A stretch of DNA of 64,000 nt from Klebsormidium nitens (Eukaryota; Plantae; Klebsormidiophyceae), in assembly GCA_000708835.1 (NCBI GenBank), contig DF237075.1:1-64000 (forward strand), written 5' to 3'. A model generated the notes under the pieces. It ran no database searches. It was given only the letters and a program-made list of their open reading frames with translations, and was not told where the DNA came from. Positions 35,361 through 48,943 of the stretch are shown piece after piece. Within the stretch, counting starts at the first letter, position 1; the number at the start of each line of letters is the position of its first letter. A program made the position numbers and the translations under genes.

Positions 35361-38300
35361 CTACCGTTTCGCTTCCTGCCGAAGCGGCTCTTCCTCCGTA
35401 GCTTTCGCTTTCCCCTCCGCTTCCTTTTGGAGGGTACCATGTGAGCCCACAATGGCGGCCCTCTCGGCGCCCACCTCCTCAACGTTGTTTTCCGGCTCGG
35501 GGGGCAGAATGCCCTCCGCTCGCAGCAGGGTGTCAGCCAAATGCGTCACCACCGCCTCCCCCTCCCAATGGAGCCACTCAGACTTGACGGTGATGCTGAA
35601 GTGGGCGAACATCGGCAGGTATGCGCCGTTGAAGCTCACGTCCTGCGCAGGGAAGAGGACGTTTGAGGGACGCTTTTCTTGCATCAACACACCACGTGAT
35701 AGTGGACAATTCTGGACTAACAAACTCTGAGCACCTGAAGCCTGCATTCGAATTGCTCAAAGACGGCGTCGGGGCAAGTTCCTCCAAGAGATACTTTCCT
35801 CCCAGAGATACTTTAAGAATTTGACAGCCGCGAATACAGAATAGCATAAAAAGAGAGGGTACCAGATCCAGTTCAAATGGCCTCTCCCATACCAAGCTTG
35901 CCCCCGTCAGCCTAATTGCGACCAGAATACCTCTCTTTCGACGTGAAGATTCAGATCGGATACATACTCCAACGGACAAAACAATAGGGCGGTCCGTTTC
36001 AACAAAGGAATCTCACCACTTTCCGCCAGGGCACCTGTTGCAGACCGGCAATCATCTCCTCTTCCAACGTGTCGGTGTGCGTCTTCTTTCCTGACCAGTT
36101 GCCCCAGTCCTGCGACTCGTTCGCCGGCTCCAGCTGGGGGGGCACCTTGTGCGCCTCCACGGGAACCCCCTCGAGGTGGTGGGCCACGTGATTTTCCTCT
36201 CGTGCTGCCACGTCGGCATCCCCGCTCTCCGCGCTTCTGGCTGCGGGGGAGAAGAAAAAGCAGGTCGGACATGCATGAACTGGATTAAGGGGCAGAAAGC
36301 AGGTTGATATGTAAAACGGTGCAAGCAAACGGGCGTCTACCGGGTGGTCGACACAGTTTATTTGAACAGTTTGACTCTGCGGCGGGGGATTCCTAGTTAT
36401 TTCAAAACGTGCAGCTGTTCGACGGTCGAAACACATCACGGCCCCGGCCCGTTTGAAGCCTTTCTGAATGAAGCAGAAAGCCGATTTGGCTGGACAAAGA
36501 GAAAGACGCCCAAAAAGCTTGCCCGCAGGAAGAAGAACCATTGAGCGGTCAGAGAGCAACTCAGACGAAAGGAAAGCCTCCAACTAAGTCTTGCTGAAGA
36601 CCATCCGTTTCGTATGCATCCCGAACCGCTGCGACTGATTGCGAATGTCAAGAAAACTGTCCCGGATCAAAAGCCTAGGTCGACCTCACAGAAAGCGACC
36701 CGAGACCATTCCAAAACCGGAAGCAGCTACTCACAGGTGGTTGATTGCAGCGAGCGCGCACTGCCCTCACTCGAGGACGCCTCCCTCTCACTCAGCGGAA
36801 TCGCAGGGCAGTCGTCAACGCCCATGATGAACTTGTACTTCTCGTCCGGCCACCGTTTCGGCAGCTTGGGCAGTTCCCCCTCTCGCCGGATGCACGACGT
36901 GCGCCAGCCCACGAGGTGGTCGTACGTCGCATTGGCGTAGGCAATGCGCAACTCGAAGGCGCCCAGAGCGCTCATGAACGGGAGCGCCTCCGTGTCGCGG
37001 GTCATCTTGAGGAGCAAGGGGGGATCGTTCTCCTGAAGAGTAGGATGCACATTCGTTGTAGTCGAGAAACTTGAGTTGGCTATCATCTGAACCCCAAAGA
37101 CATCAGGGATCTTTCGTATATTCACAGACTGTTCTCAAGTATCCTAGTATTACTCATACATTCGAGCAAATAAAGAGGGCGGTTGGAAGTATCCCTCACT
37201 GAGGGATGGAAGATGACTGGTTCTCCACGGCGTTGAATTGCCCCCAACGGGCCCACCTTTTCAATTACCATTTTCATCATGACTCGCGTCAACGGCAGAG
37301 CCTCTGCATCATCTTCTAAGAAAAACCTCAAAACCCCACAAATCCAGGACCGAAGTGAGAAGTAGTGCTCACAGTGCCGTCAGCCAGGAACAAGTGGCGA
37401 CCCGTTTCTCCAATGGCGATGTGTGCAATCTTCGGGCCAAGGCTCTCGAGTGGTCGGATGCCAAGCAGAAACGGGAGCTGCTTGTTGCCTCGGCACTGCA
37501 GCAATCGGAGGGAGACGACCTTCATTAGAAGCACTCGTGAGGCCTTGCGACGAAGATACTTTTCCCAACTCAAAGACCTGGGAAGGACGCTACACAGCCT
37601 GACGTCAGTGTTAGCACCAGTGATGCTCATAATATCGTCTCTGACAAGAAGATTTTGGGATGCGCAAATGCTTTGAGGACTGGTAGAGATCGATGGCTGC
37701 CCAGATTGATGTAAGCTCAGAATTGCAGAAGGCTCGACCAAAATTGAAGATCAGCAAGAAGGTGAGGCAATTGAATTGCAAGGGAAGCAGGAAAGCGGAC
37801 CAAACGGGAAAAACTATAATTGGGAAGCCAGGAGTAAGCCACAGATCGACAAGGAGCGTTGAAATCACTCACCCCAAGATGCGGTGATGCCATCGTTATG
37901 AAGTGCACCGGTTTCAACCCCGCAATTGTTACCTTCCCCGACGGCTTCAAAAACGAGTAAGACTTCACACGAGATGGGGGCCGCTCAATTGCCTTCTTCC
38001 CATCCTTCTGAGAGCCGATTTTGAACCGGCCCTTCAGCTGTTCAAACAATTTGTTCCCTGACTCGGCCTTCTTCCCCGCCTCTCCCTCTGTAGACGCCGC
38101 ATCTAACAATTGTTCACTGTCATCCAATCTCTGTGCCCCTTCCTGCTGGGAGGAATCAGACAGAGTGTCCGCTTCTCCTTCTTCCTCGGTTGCATTGACT
38201 TCAAAGCCCCCATTCGGCGCTGTCACGTCTACCCCCCGGTCAGACGAGGGGTCCTTGTACAAGACCGCAATTGCATGCCGCGCAATGAGGCCCCCGAGCG

Positions 38301-39492
38301 AGTGGCCCACAAAGGAAATGCGGGAGAGGCCGGGGTTGTCCTTGACAACTTGCTTGACCTCCTCTGCCAACCGGAGACCGGTCACGTCGATCCCCTCGAG
38401 CGTCTTCTTGCCAGGAGAGGCTGCAATAATTTTTGACAGTCAGCCAGTTGAAGGAGTTGACAGTTTGTCGACTCGAATCTACAAGTGAGATGACGAGCGA
38501 CAAACTTGACAATCTCCAGAAGCTTCATAAGGCTATGGTTCAGACACCACAGCTTGGTTGATATTTGGACTGTCGTGAAAGGAAGGTGGCATGACCACCT
38601 GCTTCAGACTTTCCTTGATCAAAACAAAGCAGGTTAACTCAAGGGCGAAGACAAGAAGCGACTCATTCTAGATCTGACTCATCATCGCAATGTGTACTCA
38701 ACGTTTCATCTAAATGAAGAACTCCGCTTCCAATTGCAAGAGGATTGTTGCTAGAAGACGGCATAAGGCACTTGATTCAGAGTCCAACATCTCGCTCCAC
38801 ATGCTGAAGGACTCCAAACTTAGTTAGCAAGAAAGTATCCTGATTGATGACCCTGACACACCTTCGCTGGCATGGATGACAACTGCATCCCCCAGCTTCT
38901 TCTGCAACTGATCCTTAGAAAACTTCCAGTCTTTGTACGTGCTGTTGATCCCGCTAACCAAGACCAGCAAGTGGTCGGGTCTGGGCTTCTCAAGCTGAGC
39001 TGGCGAGGGCGTCATGTCCATCTCGCGGACGGCCACGCCCGGAGCCAAGCAGGTGCAGTGAGCAATCGTCCTTCCTGCTTTCTTCATCCTTGAGAGATGA
39101 CCGCGCGATGCATGCAGAGGAAGGCTACTGAGTAGAGTGCCATTCGCTTTGCTGGAACTCCCTTTGATTTCCCTAAGTGTGGCCTTTTCCCTCTTGGGAG
39201 CCTGTTTGGAGAGGATGTCAGGGGCCTGAAACGTAGCTTGGGTCCAGCAAAGTGGCTTGGGTCCCAAACAGGCTACTCCCAGCGCCTTTTCGCCGACTTT
39301 GCTAAGTCCTGCAACACCTTTTTGCTGGTTGAGATGCAGAGGTCCAAAACCCCTCGCGATCAGTGATTGAATGCCGGCTCGGGCCCTTCCCTGGCAATTT
39401 GCTGAAGAGAAGAAGGTGCCTCCTGGTCTCAGCCCTTTGAAAAGCGCCCCAGATGGAGCTCCTTGCAGACTCCTCACAGGACCAGCGGACAT
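35361..39492 (-). CDS. DUF676 putative serine esterase / lipase (alpha/beta hydrolase), multi-exon; start codon uncertain
   Basis: HLLVLVSGIN; GIDVTGLRLAEEV...ISFVGHSLGGLIARHAI (GxSxG nucleophile); FITMASPHLG; AYANATYDHLVGWRTSCIR; AHFSITVK. Confidence 0.85.
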
Positions 39493-40237
39493 GTTGGTGG
39501 GCTCCAGTGGAGCACCTTCCAGCCTGCGCACATCTCCGTCAGCAGGCAGCACCACGGGATGCCAGCTGTCATTTTGCACAAGAGAGATCCCAGGCCCCAA
39601 ACCGTAATAGGTAGGTATTAATGTATGGGGGGCGCTCGACAAAAAAATACTCCTTCCTACAATGTAGAAAGCGGCTGATCTGTTTGTGCAGTGTCAATTT
39701 GTGATTGGCTATGACATTACTAGTAGTAATCAGGCAAAATCTTGACACCCTTTGTGTCCCGCGTGGTCGAGGAAAGATACCCGCTTTTCGAGTCATCATC
39801 CCCCTGCCATTGAACGTTCATCATACTTGCTATATAGTTTAATTTAATTTTTCTGAACAAACGATCCTTGCTGCAATGTTTGCTGCAACTTGCAAGCTTT
39901 TCTCTCTCTATTTAAGTCCTAGTATTTGTAGTGCCAGGGCCCCAGAAGGAGCTCTTCTAAAAGGCCTTATGGGGAGCATTCTCACCCTTTCACCGATGAT
40001 GCACCTTGTGCAAGTAGGGTAGGTTCTGAATGCTGCAAGGGGACGTGAAGCCAGCTTTCTTTGAGCTGTTCGCAGAGACGCATTGCAGACTGAGACTTGG
40101 CAAAACTTTGCAAAGCATTCCGATCGCAGCTAATCTTCAATAGAAATGAAAGCAATCGTCTTTTGATGTGACCTTCAGCGCAGTTGATGCCCAGGGTTTC
40201 GATTCCGGGGTAATCTGGTCGTTCCTGCTGATCAATA

Positions 40238-43200
40238 ATGGCCGCTCAAGCCACCTTGGCGCCGGGCATCAGCCGGAAGCTGAAGAAAGTGCTGGAGACA
40301 CGGACCGACTCTCCCGAGTTACTTGCATCCCTTGCGACTCTGTCCACTTTCTATAACGAGAATACCTTACAGGCCCGGAGAGGTTTACGAACGACAATCG
40401 AGCGACGGGGCTTGACTATCAATGAGGAGTTTTTGCAAGCATCGGAGGGGGCTCAGAGGGTAAATGCACGGTGGCATTACAGATCTTGAGACTTTTTGGA
40501 GTCTACTGTGAAGCCAGAGACATTTGCCTTCCAATCACTATCCTTGGTGTTCATCAGCTAAAGCTTTGTAATTGTGCTTGAATTCGGTGCAATAATGACG
40601 AGACAGACCGGAGATCTTCCCCCACCGACCTTGTAATGATTGGTCACAAACATGGATGATTGTTGTGATGAATTGTGAAACTCCATTCAGCAACATGTGA
40701 CCGTAAGTGTCACAGTAACAGCACCTTCAATCCATATATCTCCGCTGTCAATCATCGAAAGATAAGAAATGTGGTTTTTATCAGGCAATTCCTTTATGCG
40801 GAACTTCGGTCTTATGCGCACATTAGCCTCAGATCCTAAGCCCAAGCTCAACTTTTCATCTGACCCTGATGCGTCGGCGACATCCAGGGCCCCAGGTCAA
40901 TCATGCACGTCTGTCTAGAAGGCCCCTCATCAACCACCTCTGCCTGCAGGCCCTTGACACCGTCGAAGCAGAGGTGGAAGGCTTGGCAGCCTGCTGCAAC
41001 AGGTGTGAAAACCCAGAGCACACTCAGTGACTCCATGTCATGCAGCAACGATTTGTATTGCTCCAACCTCTTACCATTTTGCCGCCTGAAAGCAACCGTA
41101 CGTGTTTGACATGACAGTGATAGATTGTCTGGGGACTAAAAAACGCTTAAATCCATTGCGGAGATCTGTCGCAACTGTATATCCTGCTCATCCGAAACTC
41201 TCTCAGCTAGAAGTTGACATTGGATCAAGCCAACAATGTTTTTGCAGAGAGCTAGAAAGCACTCAAATGGGGACTGATAAGCCTTGTGCCTGCCAGGATT
41301 GCTGTGGCCCTTCAGGGGTGCAGCTCGCAGACTGGGGACATGGTGGTGGCAACTGAGCGCCTCAAGCAGGAGCTGGAGAGCAGCCTCCGGCGCCAGGAGC
41401 TTGTCAACAACTTCCTGCAGAGCTACCAGCTGACACCAGACGAGGTCAGCAGCCTTCTGGCTGTCTTTGTGGTGCAGGAGGATCTTTTGATTATTACGAA
41501 GAGCGCCAGGGGAGTCTTACAGCACCGAAAATCATTCGAAGATTGGTTGCCCTGAGAACGTTGTGCCGAGAGAAACACCACCTTAGAACTGGGGACATTT
41601 AGTGTGGGACGATCTCATGGATCCGCTTGAATTACAGTAGCTATTGCCCGGAATGTAGCGCTATGGACCCAACGGACTCGTACAAGGAACCTGGTTGGAT
41701 GTGAATGCTGTGAGATTCCGTGTTTTTACATTGTGAAGCAGCATCGGCATTGAAGATTGTCACCCATCAACCCTCACTATCACTCTCACAACGAGAACTC
41801 GCCGTAGAGCGTCTCCCAAGTAGTGAGTTGGACCAAACAGGAAAATGCTCGACAAAAGAGAAGTGCCTTGAGCGATCGTCCTGACTGCTGACCCATCACT
41901 TGTTGGCCAGGTGATTGCGCTGCGAGAGGAAGACCTGGACGAGAACTTCTTCAAGGCGCTGGCCCGTGTGCAGGAGATCCACGCCAACTGCAAGATCCTC
42001 TTGAGGACTCATCACCAGGTAAGAAGAAAAGTCTCTGCGCTTGCATTGGGGTTCTTTGTTGTCAGTTAACAAGGCGCCGTAATGGTACTGAAACCTTCTG
42101 TCCAACACGCTGCGAGCCTGAGGTGTTTCAAAGATTCGAAGGTTGGGTGTATGTGAGGAGATGTCACTACTCAAGAAAGGCTCCGCTTTGATCTGGCACG
42201 TTTTGATGGACCTCTAAAAGCTGGTTCCTATTTTCGATCGCAACAATGTTGAGCATACCTCCAATTTTCCTGCTCAGGGGACTTGCCGAGTCTCAAATTA
42301 TTGAGTCACCTTATCCTGAGCGTAAGATCCAGCGCGTTACAGAAATGAAAAGAACTCTGCGCTTCCTCCTACAGAGAGCCGGGCTGGAGCTGATGGACGT
42401 AATGGCCGTCTATCAGGAAGGGGCGTACGAGCGCCTGTGTCGGTAAGTACCTCGTCTTAATATCGTTTGCCATAGCTTCACGTCCTCTCTTGCCTTCAAT
42501 ACATCGGCTAGTGTTGTAAGTCTCACTTTGAGGATGTATCTTCCTCGAGCCTGGATAAAGTTGGAATGACCAAGCACCCAAAGCGTTCTTGAACGTCTCT
42601 CAAGTCGTGGGAGAGTTTCAAAAGCGGTACGATATGCCTTTCCTTAGCCTTACGGCCATGCAGAAGTCTCTAAAGGGCCTGGTACGACAGCACATCTGAA
42701 GCCGTGTCTTCGGACGTTTTTGTCTTATGGGTGGCTCTAAATTTATCAACAGTAGTTTGGCTTTAAGATACACAAGCCCCGGGTACCTCAACCAAAAACC
42801 CTGACCCAAAACATTACGCTCTGCACCCGTACACACCTTACCCCCAAAACCTCACCCGTCTCTTGGGTGCTCACCTTGACACAACGGCCCTTGAAACAAT
42901 CGAGAGTTACCGGAGTTCTTTTGTCTACAGGTGGGTCCAGGCGGAGTGCCGCAGCCTGGGGGAGAATGACACCCCGGAAGTGAGCGGCCTCCTCAAGACG
43001 GCGGCCCGCTCGCTCCGCGACCGCCCAGTTCTTTTCAAGTACTGCTCCGAGGAGGTAAGGAACTGCGACTGCGTCTTCGAACGTGCTCGAGGGAAGCTTT
43101 GCCAAAGGCCTGATTATCTCACTTTGGATGCTGAAACCACCTGGCAAACCCAGGATCCGCAGAAGCAATCTGCACGGCTTCTTGCGTTCTGCGAACCAGG

Positions 43201-46200
43201 TTTTCCCGTGTCCAGAAATCAGCGTCGGGAGGTCTTGCCGACAAACAAAACTCTCTGCTTCCTATCCCGGGGGCCGCCGACTATGTCATGCGTGCTGCTC
43301 GTTGACACGACCCTGCGCCCAAAAGACTCACAAGCGTGAACCCTCGCAATTCGATAATAGACGCTGCCGTTCATGTCGTCAAGTCTCACGTCCTGGACAC
43401 AAGGAAACCCTTCATGTGCAGGTCGCCAACACGCGGCACAACGCCCTCTTCCGGCGCTTCCTGTCGGCGCTGTCGCAGGGGGGGAGGGGAGGCATGCCCA
43501 AGCCTATCGAGATGCATGCGCACGACCCGCTGCGCTACTGCGGGGACATGCTGGCGTGGCTGCACCAGGTGTGGTTTTGAACACGCTAAATGGCTCGAGG
43601 TCTATTTTGTAAGAATTCATCCGAGTCAGCTCGGACACTAGATCTGAAGCATGGATGCTCGGTGAACCTGTATTGTTCGTTCGTTTGTATTGAGGCGCAC
43701 CAGAGAGATCCAAATCGGTCAGTTACAAGCAATTTTGTACGCCTGCTCAGCCGAAATGCTCGAATTAATCTTGTGGAAAAAATATGGGTTGTGCATCTTT
43801 GACATCTCTACTGATGGACGAAGGGGTACAAGTAGGGTGTTAAGCCTTGGGAATAGCTTATCTGGCTAAATCAAACAATCGGGCCTTGAGTTTCGTTCGC
43901 TTGGTACCGTTGCCAAAGTTTGCCGCCAAGCATTAGCAGCGCACTTTCGATCAGGTTGACACCGTACGGTTCGTTAGTTTCCAGGGAACGTAGGCCTGTT
44001 TCTCTTCTCCTGCGCTCAAACACTCCGGTCCGCAAGCTCGCGCCGTAAGGCCCATCGTCCGAAACTGCGTCCAGGCGCTCGCGTCCGAGTTCGAGCTGGC
44101 GTCCGCGCTGTTCAGCGACGACCGCAAGGGCACGCAGGAGCAGCGCGAGGCGCGCTCGGCGTCGAAACGGTTCTCAGAGCATTCGGACCAGTCGGACGGG
44201 GACTTCCGGGTGGAAGCCGCGGACATGGCGTCCGTGCTGGACCGCATCTTCGAGGGCGTCTGCCGGCCGTTCAAGGTGAGGAGAGGACAGACTGTTAGTG
44301 ATATTAAAACAGATGGAGAAGAACGGAAAAGGTTCTGACATGCACTTTCTGAGCAATCTGCCGGAGGGACGATGAGATAACCCGGGCCGTGGTTAGACCG
44401 AAACGGATTCTGGGAAGAATGTCGGGGGAGGCCCGGGTTGAGCCGTTTCAGCCACTTGCCATCTTGCTCTTGCAAGTGTTCAAGCTCCTCGCCCAACTTA
44501 ACTGTATCTGCGCGCTTCTGATCCGTAACTTGACTTCTGTTGTCTGCAGTTGCGAGTGGAGCAAGTGCTACAAGGGCAGCTCAGCCCCGTGCTGGCCTAT
44601 AAGCTGATGAACCTCCTCGACTTCTATTGTGCAACGGTGAGTTGTGTTCCCTGAAGCGTTTCCAGATCCAGACGCTCTAAGAAAGACCATTGGCCACGTT
44701 CTGCACAAGTCGGCGGATCAAAGCGGTAGTTGACCAGTACAGTCGTTCCAACTGGTCAAAACGTGGTTGGAACTTGATTGATGGAGGTGTTTGGATCCGG
44801 GCAGACGTCTGTCAGGATTGGTATGCACTCAACTTATCGTCAGGTTTTTCCGAAACCAAGTTTGCTGGTTGGCAAACTCGGCCTGTGTCGTTTACCGGGC
44901 AATCTGCTCAGCGGCCACGTCATTATGCTCTTCCTCTAATTCTTCATTACTGAAAGTGTCGTTCGTCAGTCGTCTTTCTTCTTCCTCGCAATTTCCCCGT
45001 TGAGCTGTACCTTAAGTAGTTGCTGAACAACGGTACCCTTGAAAGTGTACACTCACACGGTGCCTTGCAAAATTGAAAACTTCGTTCGGTCCTGTCTTAC
45101 AAGACCTGTGACAAGTGCTATACTGAAAAGCCGCTGCTTGCGTCGAGAAGAAGCGAGACTATCTCGGCTCCAGAGTGGTCAAGGAAAGGTTGCCGTCAAC
45201 TCTCAGCACTTCACAACATTTTTGTGCAGATAACGGACCTCCTCGGGACGGACGCTGCGCTCTCTCAGACCCTCCAAGGCGTGTGCGAAGCTGCGCAGAA
45301 GACTTTCATGGACCTCATGAAGCAGCGCGGGTGAGAAGGGCGCCCTCGAACTCTGAGTAGAGACCAAACACAGGCGTGGTTTTGCACAGCCGTTAAGATT
45401 TTCTCCACAGACTTATTTTGTGCTTCTGCTAGACTGCAGTTGCACTGGCTCACATGCCTTCGCAAGTCCCTCCCACTCTCTGACGCTGTGAGACCGTGCT
45501 CGTGCCGGTCTTACATTGACTCAAGAGGGTCGGTCGGTTTTGCAGCACGAAACAGCGCTGTTTCTTCTCAATTCCGGTGGTATGGCTTGCTCTATTCCCG
45601 ACTATGTCATGTCCCTTCTCTTCCTTTCCTCTGGACGCTTACACTTAATCCGATTTGTGCAGCGACAAGCTGGTGCGGTACCCCCCCCCTCTATCCCCGG
45701 ACCTCTCTCCCCCCCCTGCCGTGGCGGAGGGCGTGTCCCTCCTCCTCGAGTTGGTCGACGTGTACGACACGTGTATGGCCCCCGCCAACGTCCCTAAGCC
45801 CGACTTCGAGCCCATCATCTCAGCCGTCATCAATCCGCTCCTGCAGGTGAGGCGCAGCCTCAGGATTTGATTGGCTCCTTCTCGCTTGTCTACAGAACCA
45901 TTGCTTTTGGTGTCTGGCTGCCGTTTGTGAGAGATTACTGTCCGCTTAAGTTGTCCCAGTATGTAACAGCGTCCGCACGCGCCTCGAGACGGTCTGATTG
46001 TGTGTGCGGCCAGCGCGCAAACAAGCGAACCAAACTTTTTTTCCTTGCTTTTGTGATCCACACGGGGTCCCTTCATCCGAGAATGCAGGCTTAGGCGCAG
46101 GCGCACTACCCGCGCGAGCTTGAAGACAATCTGATTTCTGTCCTCCTTTCGTGACGTCGGAAGCGAAAATGCTTGTGTCCTCCTCATTTCGATCGCGGCT

Positions 46201-47754
46201 CTGAATTTTCTGCTTCACCCCCAGATGTGCGAGCGTGCGGCGGAGGCGTTCGGCACCAAGTCCGCCATTCCGGCCAGCATGCGGCGGATGAGCAGCGAGA
46301 CGTTCGGGCGGCGCGGCTCGGGCAGTCCCTCGCTGCAGCGGCGCGGGAGCACCAGCATGGACGGCTTCATGCGCAGGAAAAGCGCCGACGCGGGTTCGCG
46401 CTCCGACGTGCCCTCGCCCGAGGTAATCCAGGTGAGCTGACCAGACTTCGTGATCGAAGTGGAGCGAATCTACTTTCCGGTCATGGTCTTGTTGGAGGTG
46501 TCTGCCGGTACCCCATGCAGAACGGGTATTCTGTCTGGTTTGGTAGCGACGCCGTCTTCGCGTGTTCTTTAGACCCGGGTATCTGCGGCAGACTCTGAAG
46601 AGAGAAGTTCCTGCTACCGGGTTTTGTGTTACATACTTACAGTGAGTTGCCTCACCTTTGGCCCAGCCTTATGATCCTACGCCGAGAGTACTGACTACTT
46701 TATGCATCTCAGACAGATATCTTATGAGCGGCGTCTGCATCCGTCCTGGAATTTGGGTTTCACATCTTAACTGGATCTCCTACCCCTTTACCTGCAGGCG
46801 ATCCGGCAGATGTACCTGGTCAACTGTTTGTCTTCCATTCAGCAGCCCCTGTCGCAGCACGCGGTGGCCAAGCGATGGATTCCGCGGCTCGAGGACTCCA
46901 TCACGGAGCACATCAACAACCTGGCCAGGCAGGAGGTGAGCGGAGAGATTGCCAGCTTCCTTAAGAGACCGTACATGTATTCCCCGATTGGCGTGTTGGC
47001 AAACGTTTTTGTAGTGCTGATTCTAAAGAGTGTGTTCTTGTGTCAAGCAGGGTGTCTGCAGAATCGGAAATTACTTTTTGCGTAAATGCTAAGATCTGTC
47101 GGGCAAGGGTCTCGTAGATCGACCTGCTTCACTCCATTCTGCGGGTGCAACGCATTGATGAACAACTGCACGTTTGCAACATGCACATTTACATTTCCGG
47201 CTGATAAAGAACACGGAACGGTAAATCTGTCCCGACGTGTTGCTTCTGGCCGGAGACGCATCCGTCGACTGAGTTTGCTACAGAAGTCGTGGCTACGTCT
47301 ACTGAATGAACGGTCTGCCATGTTGCTTCGGAACCTCCTATTGAAGCTCCTTTCTCGGCGTCCGCAGGTGAAGTCCATTCTGGACAGTTGCGGCCTCTCA
47401 GAGAAACTGACATTCATCTTCGAGCAAGAGAGCCTTGCAGAATCTGGCGAGGCCGGGGGATCGTCCCAGGCATTGTCGTCCTTGGAAAGCATGTCTCCGT
47501 CAGCGGTCGGAGAGTCCCTCCGGGCGTTCTATGCATTGGTGGCGGGGAGCACAGACGGGGGCCTGCCAGAATTTGAGCAGATCCAACCGCCAAGGCTGCG
47601 TAGCAAGGCCGCCGGCGAAGTGACGAAAGCTTTAGCGGAAGCTTACGAAGCCATCCATAAGGTGGTGTCGGATCCAAAGAACGGGTACACAGACTTAGGG
47701 AATCTGTTACGGCATTCACCGGCTCAAATGAGGACGATTCTAGGAACAGACTGA
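40238..47754 (+). CDS. COG6: Conserved oligomeric Golgi complex subunit 6, multi-exon
   Basis: LAPGISRKLKKVLE...LSTFYNENTLQARRGLRTTIERRGL; YQEGAYERLCRWVQAEC; PKPIEMHAHDPLRYCGDMLAWLHQ; LDRIFEGVCRPFK; YLVNCL; C-terminal HSPAQMRTILG. Confidence 0.93.
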
Positions 47755-48943
47755 GTGGAGCTGCAAAGTGCAGAGCAGTTGGATCAAGCGTGGGTCGGCT
47801 AGCCGTAAGTGTAGACGGGAATGTCATAGCCTTCCCACACATTGTTCGTCGATGTTGCATTCTCCGTCCACGTCTGCAGTGCTGAGCTCTGAGCTGCACA
47901 TACGAGAGGGCCTGCAGGAACTCAGCGGCTCTTCAATGTTGATGGCACAGCGGCCATCGTGCTACACAATCACGTGCGAGCTATTGATAAAATTCGAGCC
48001 GGACCGTATGATGCACTGCATGAAATGACTGACAGCTAGGCGCTCTGTGTTCAACAGCGGAACACTTTTGCCGCGCGACCGTATGTTGCGGCCATCCAAA
48101 CCGAGTTTCGGCGCAGCGGGGCCGCGCGAGAATTTGAGGATCCGAGATTGATCGTTGAGAGCTACTAATGCACAGACGTACATGCAAAAAGGCTTATTGA
48201 GTTCAGAATCTCTGGCCCTGTAGGCTGGTTTGAAGCGAGCATAAAACAAGCTGACTCATAAGTTTGATCTAGCACTGGCAGCTTGATTGCAGCTCGGATC
48301 GAGCACCGTCTCCGGCCGTGGGACGTCTCAAGAAGCCCAAGACCTCACGAAAAGCCAAGGCTTGCTCGCAGCCTGGAATCGAGCTTATCATTCTGCCCAT
48401 CCGAAAGTAAATAACATGGCAGAGTGAACGAGTCCAGCCACTACTCGTGGATCTTAGTCGATAACAAGCCTCGCTTGAAGGGAATTCCACTCGGTTGACA
48501 ATCCTGTACGTCGGAGCTTTTGCATGATTCCTATACCTACTAGAAAGGCTGCCGCCATGCTGTGGCACACGTGGTAGTTGGTATATATCAGATCGTGGCG
48601 CCATGGGCGCGCGACCGTTTTAATCTACCATCCTGGGACTCAGCTCCGACTCGGATATAAAGAGATTTCGCGATGTATTATACGCCATGTGCCAGCACGT
48701 AGACATGGATGGTCACTTCTTTTTATACACGCTTATAGGCACCTGGGCCCATGGCGCGGAAACAAGCAATTTCGGAGTTCGGGCTTCATCAAAAAATGTT
48801 ACTACTCTGTAGTCACTAAGCAGTTTCTGACTATGAAGCAACATAGCTATATAATATGACATGCTACCTCATCCCAATGGCGTAATCACTTCAGCTAAAC
48901 TACTCGTACGTTCGAGCCAAAACAATAGATCATCCAATCTAAC

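Noticed and set aside
48598-48757. 11-bp inverted repeat GCGCCATGGGC / GCCCATGGCGC about 160 bp apart
   Set aside because: Too short, partly self-palindromic, and no target-site duplication. Plausibly chance.
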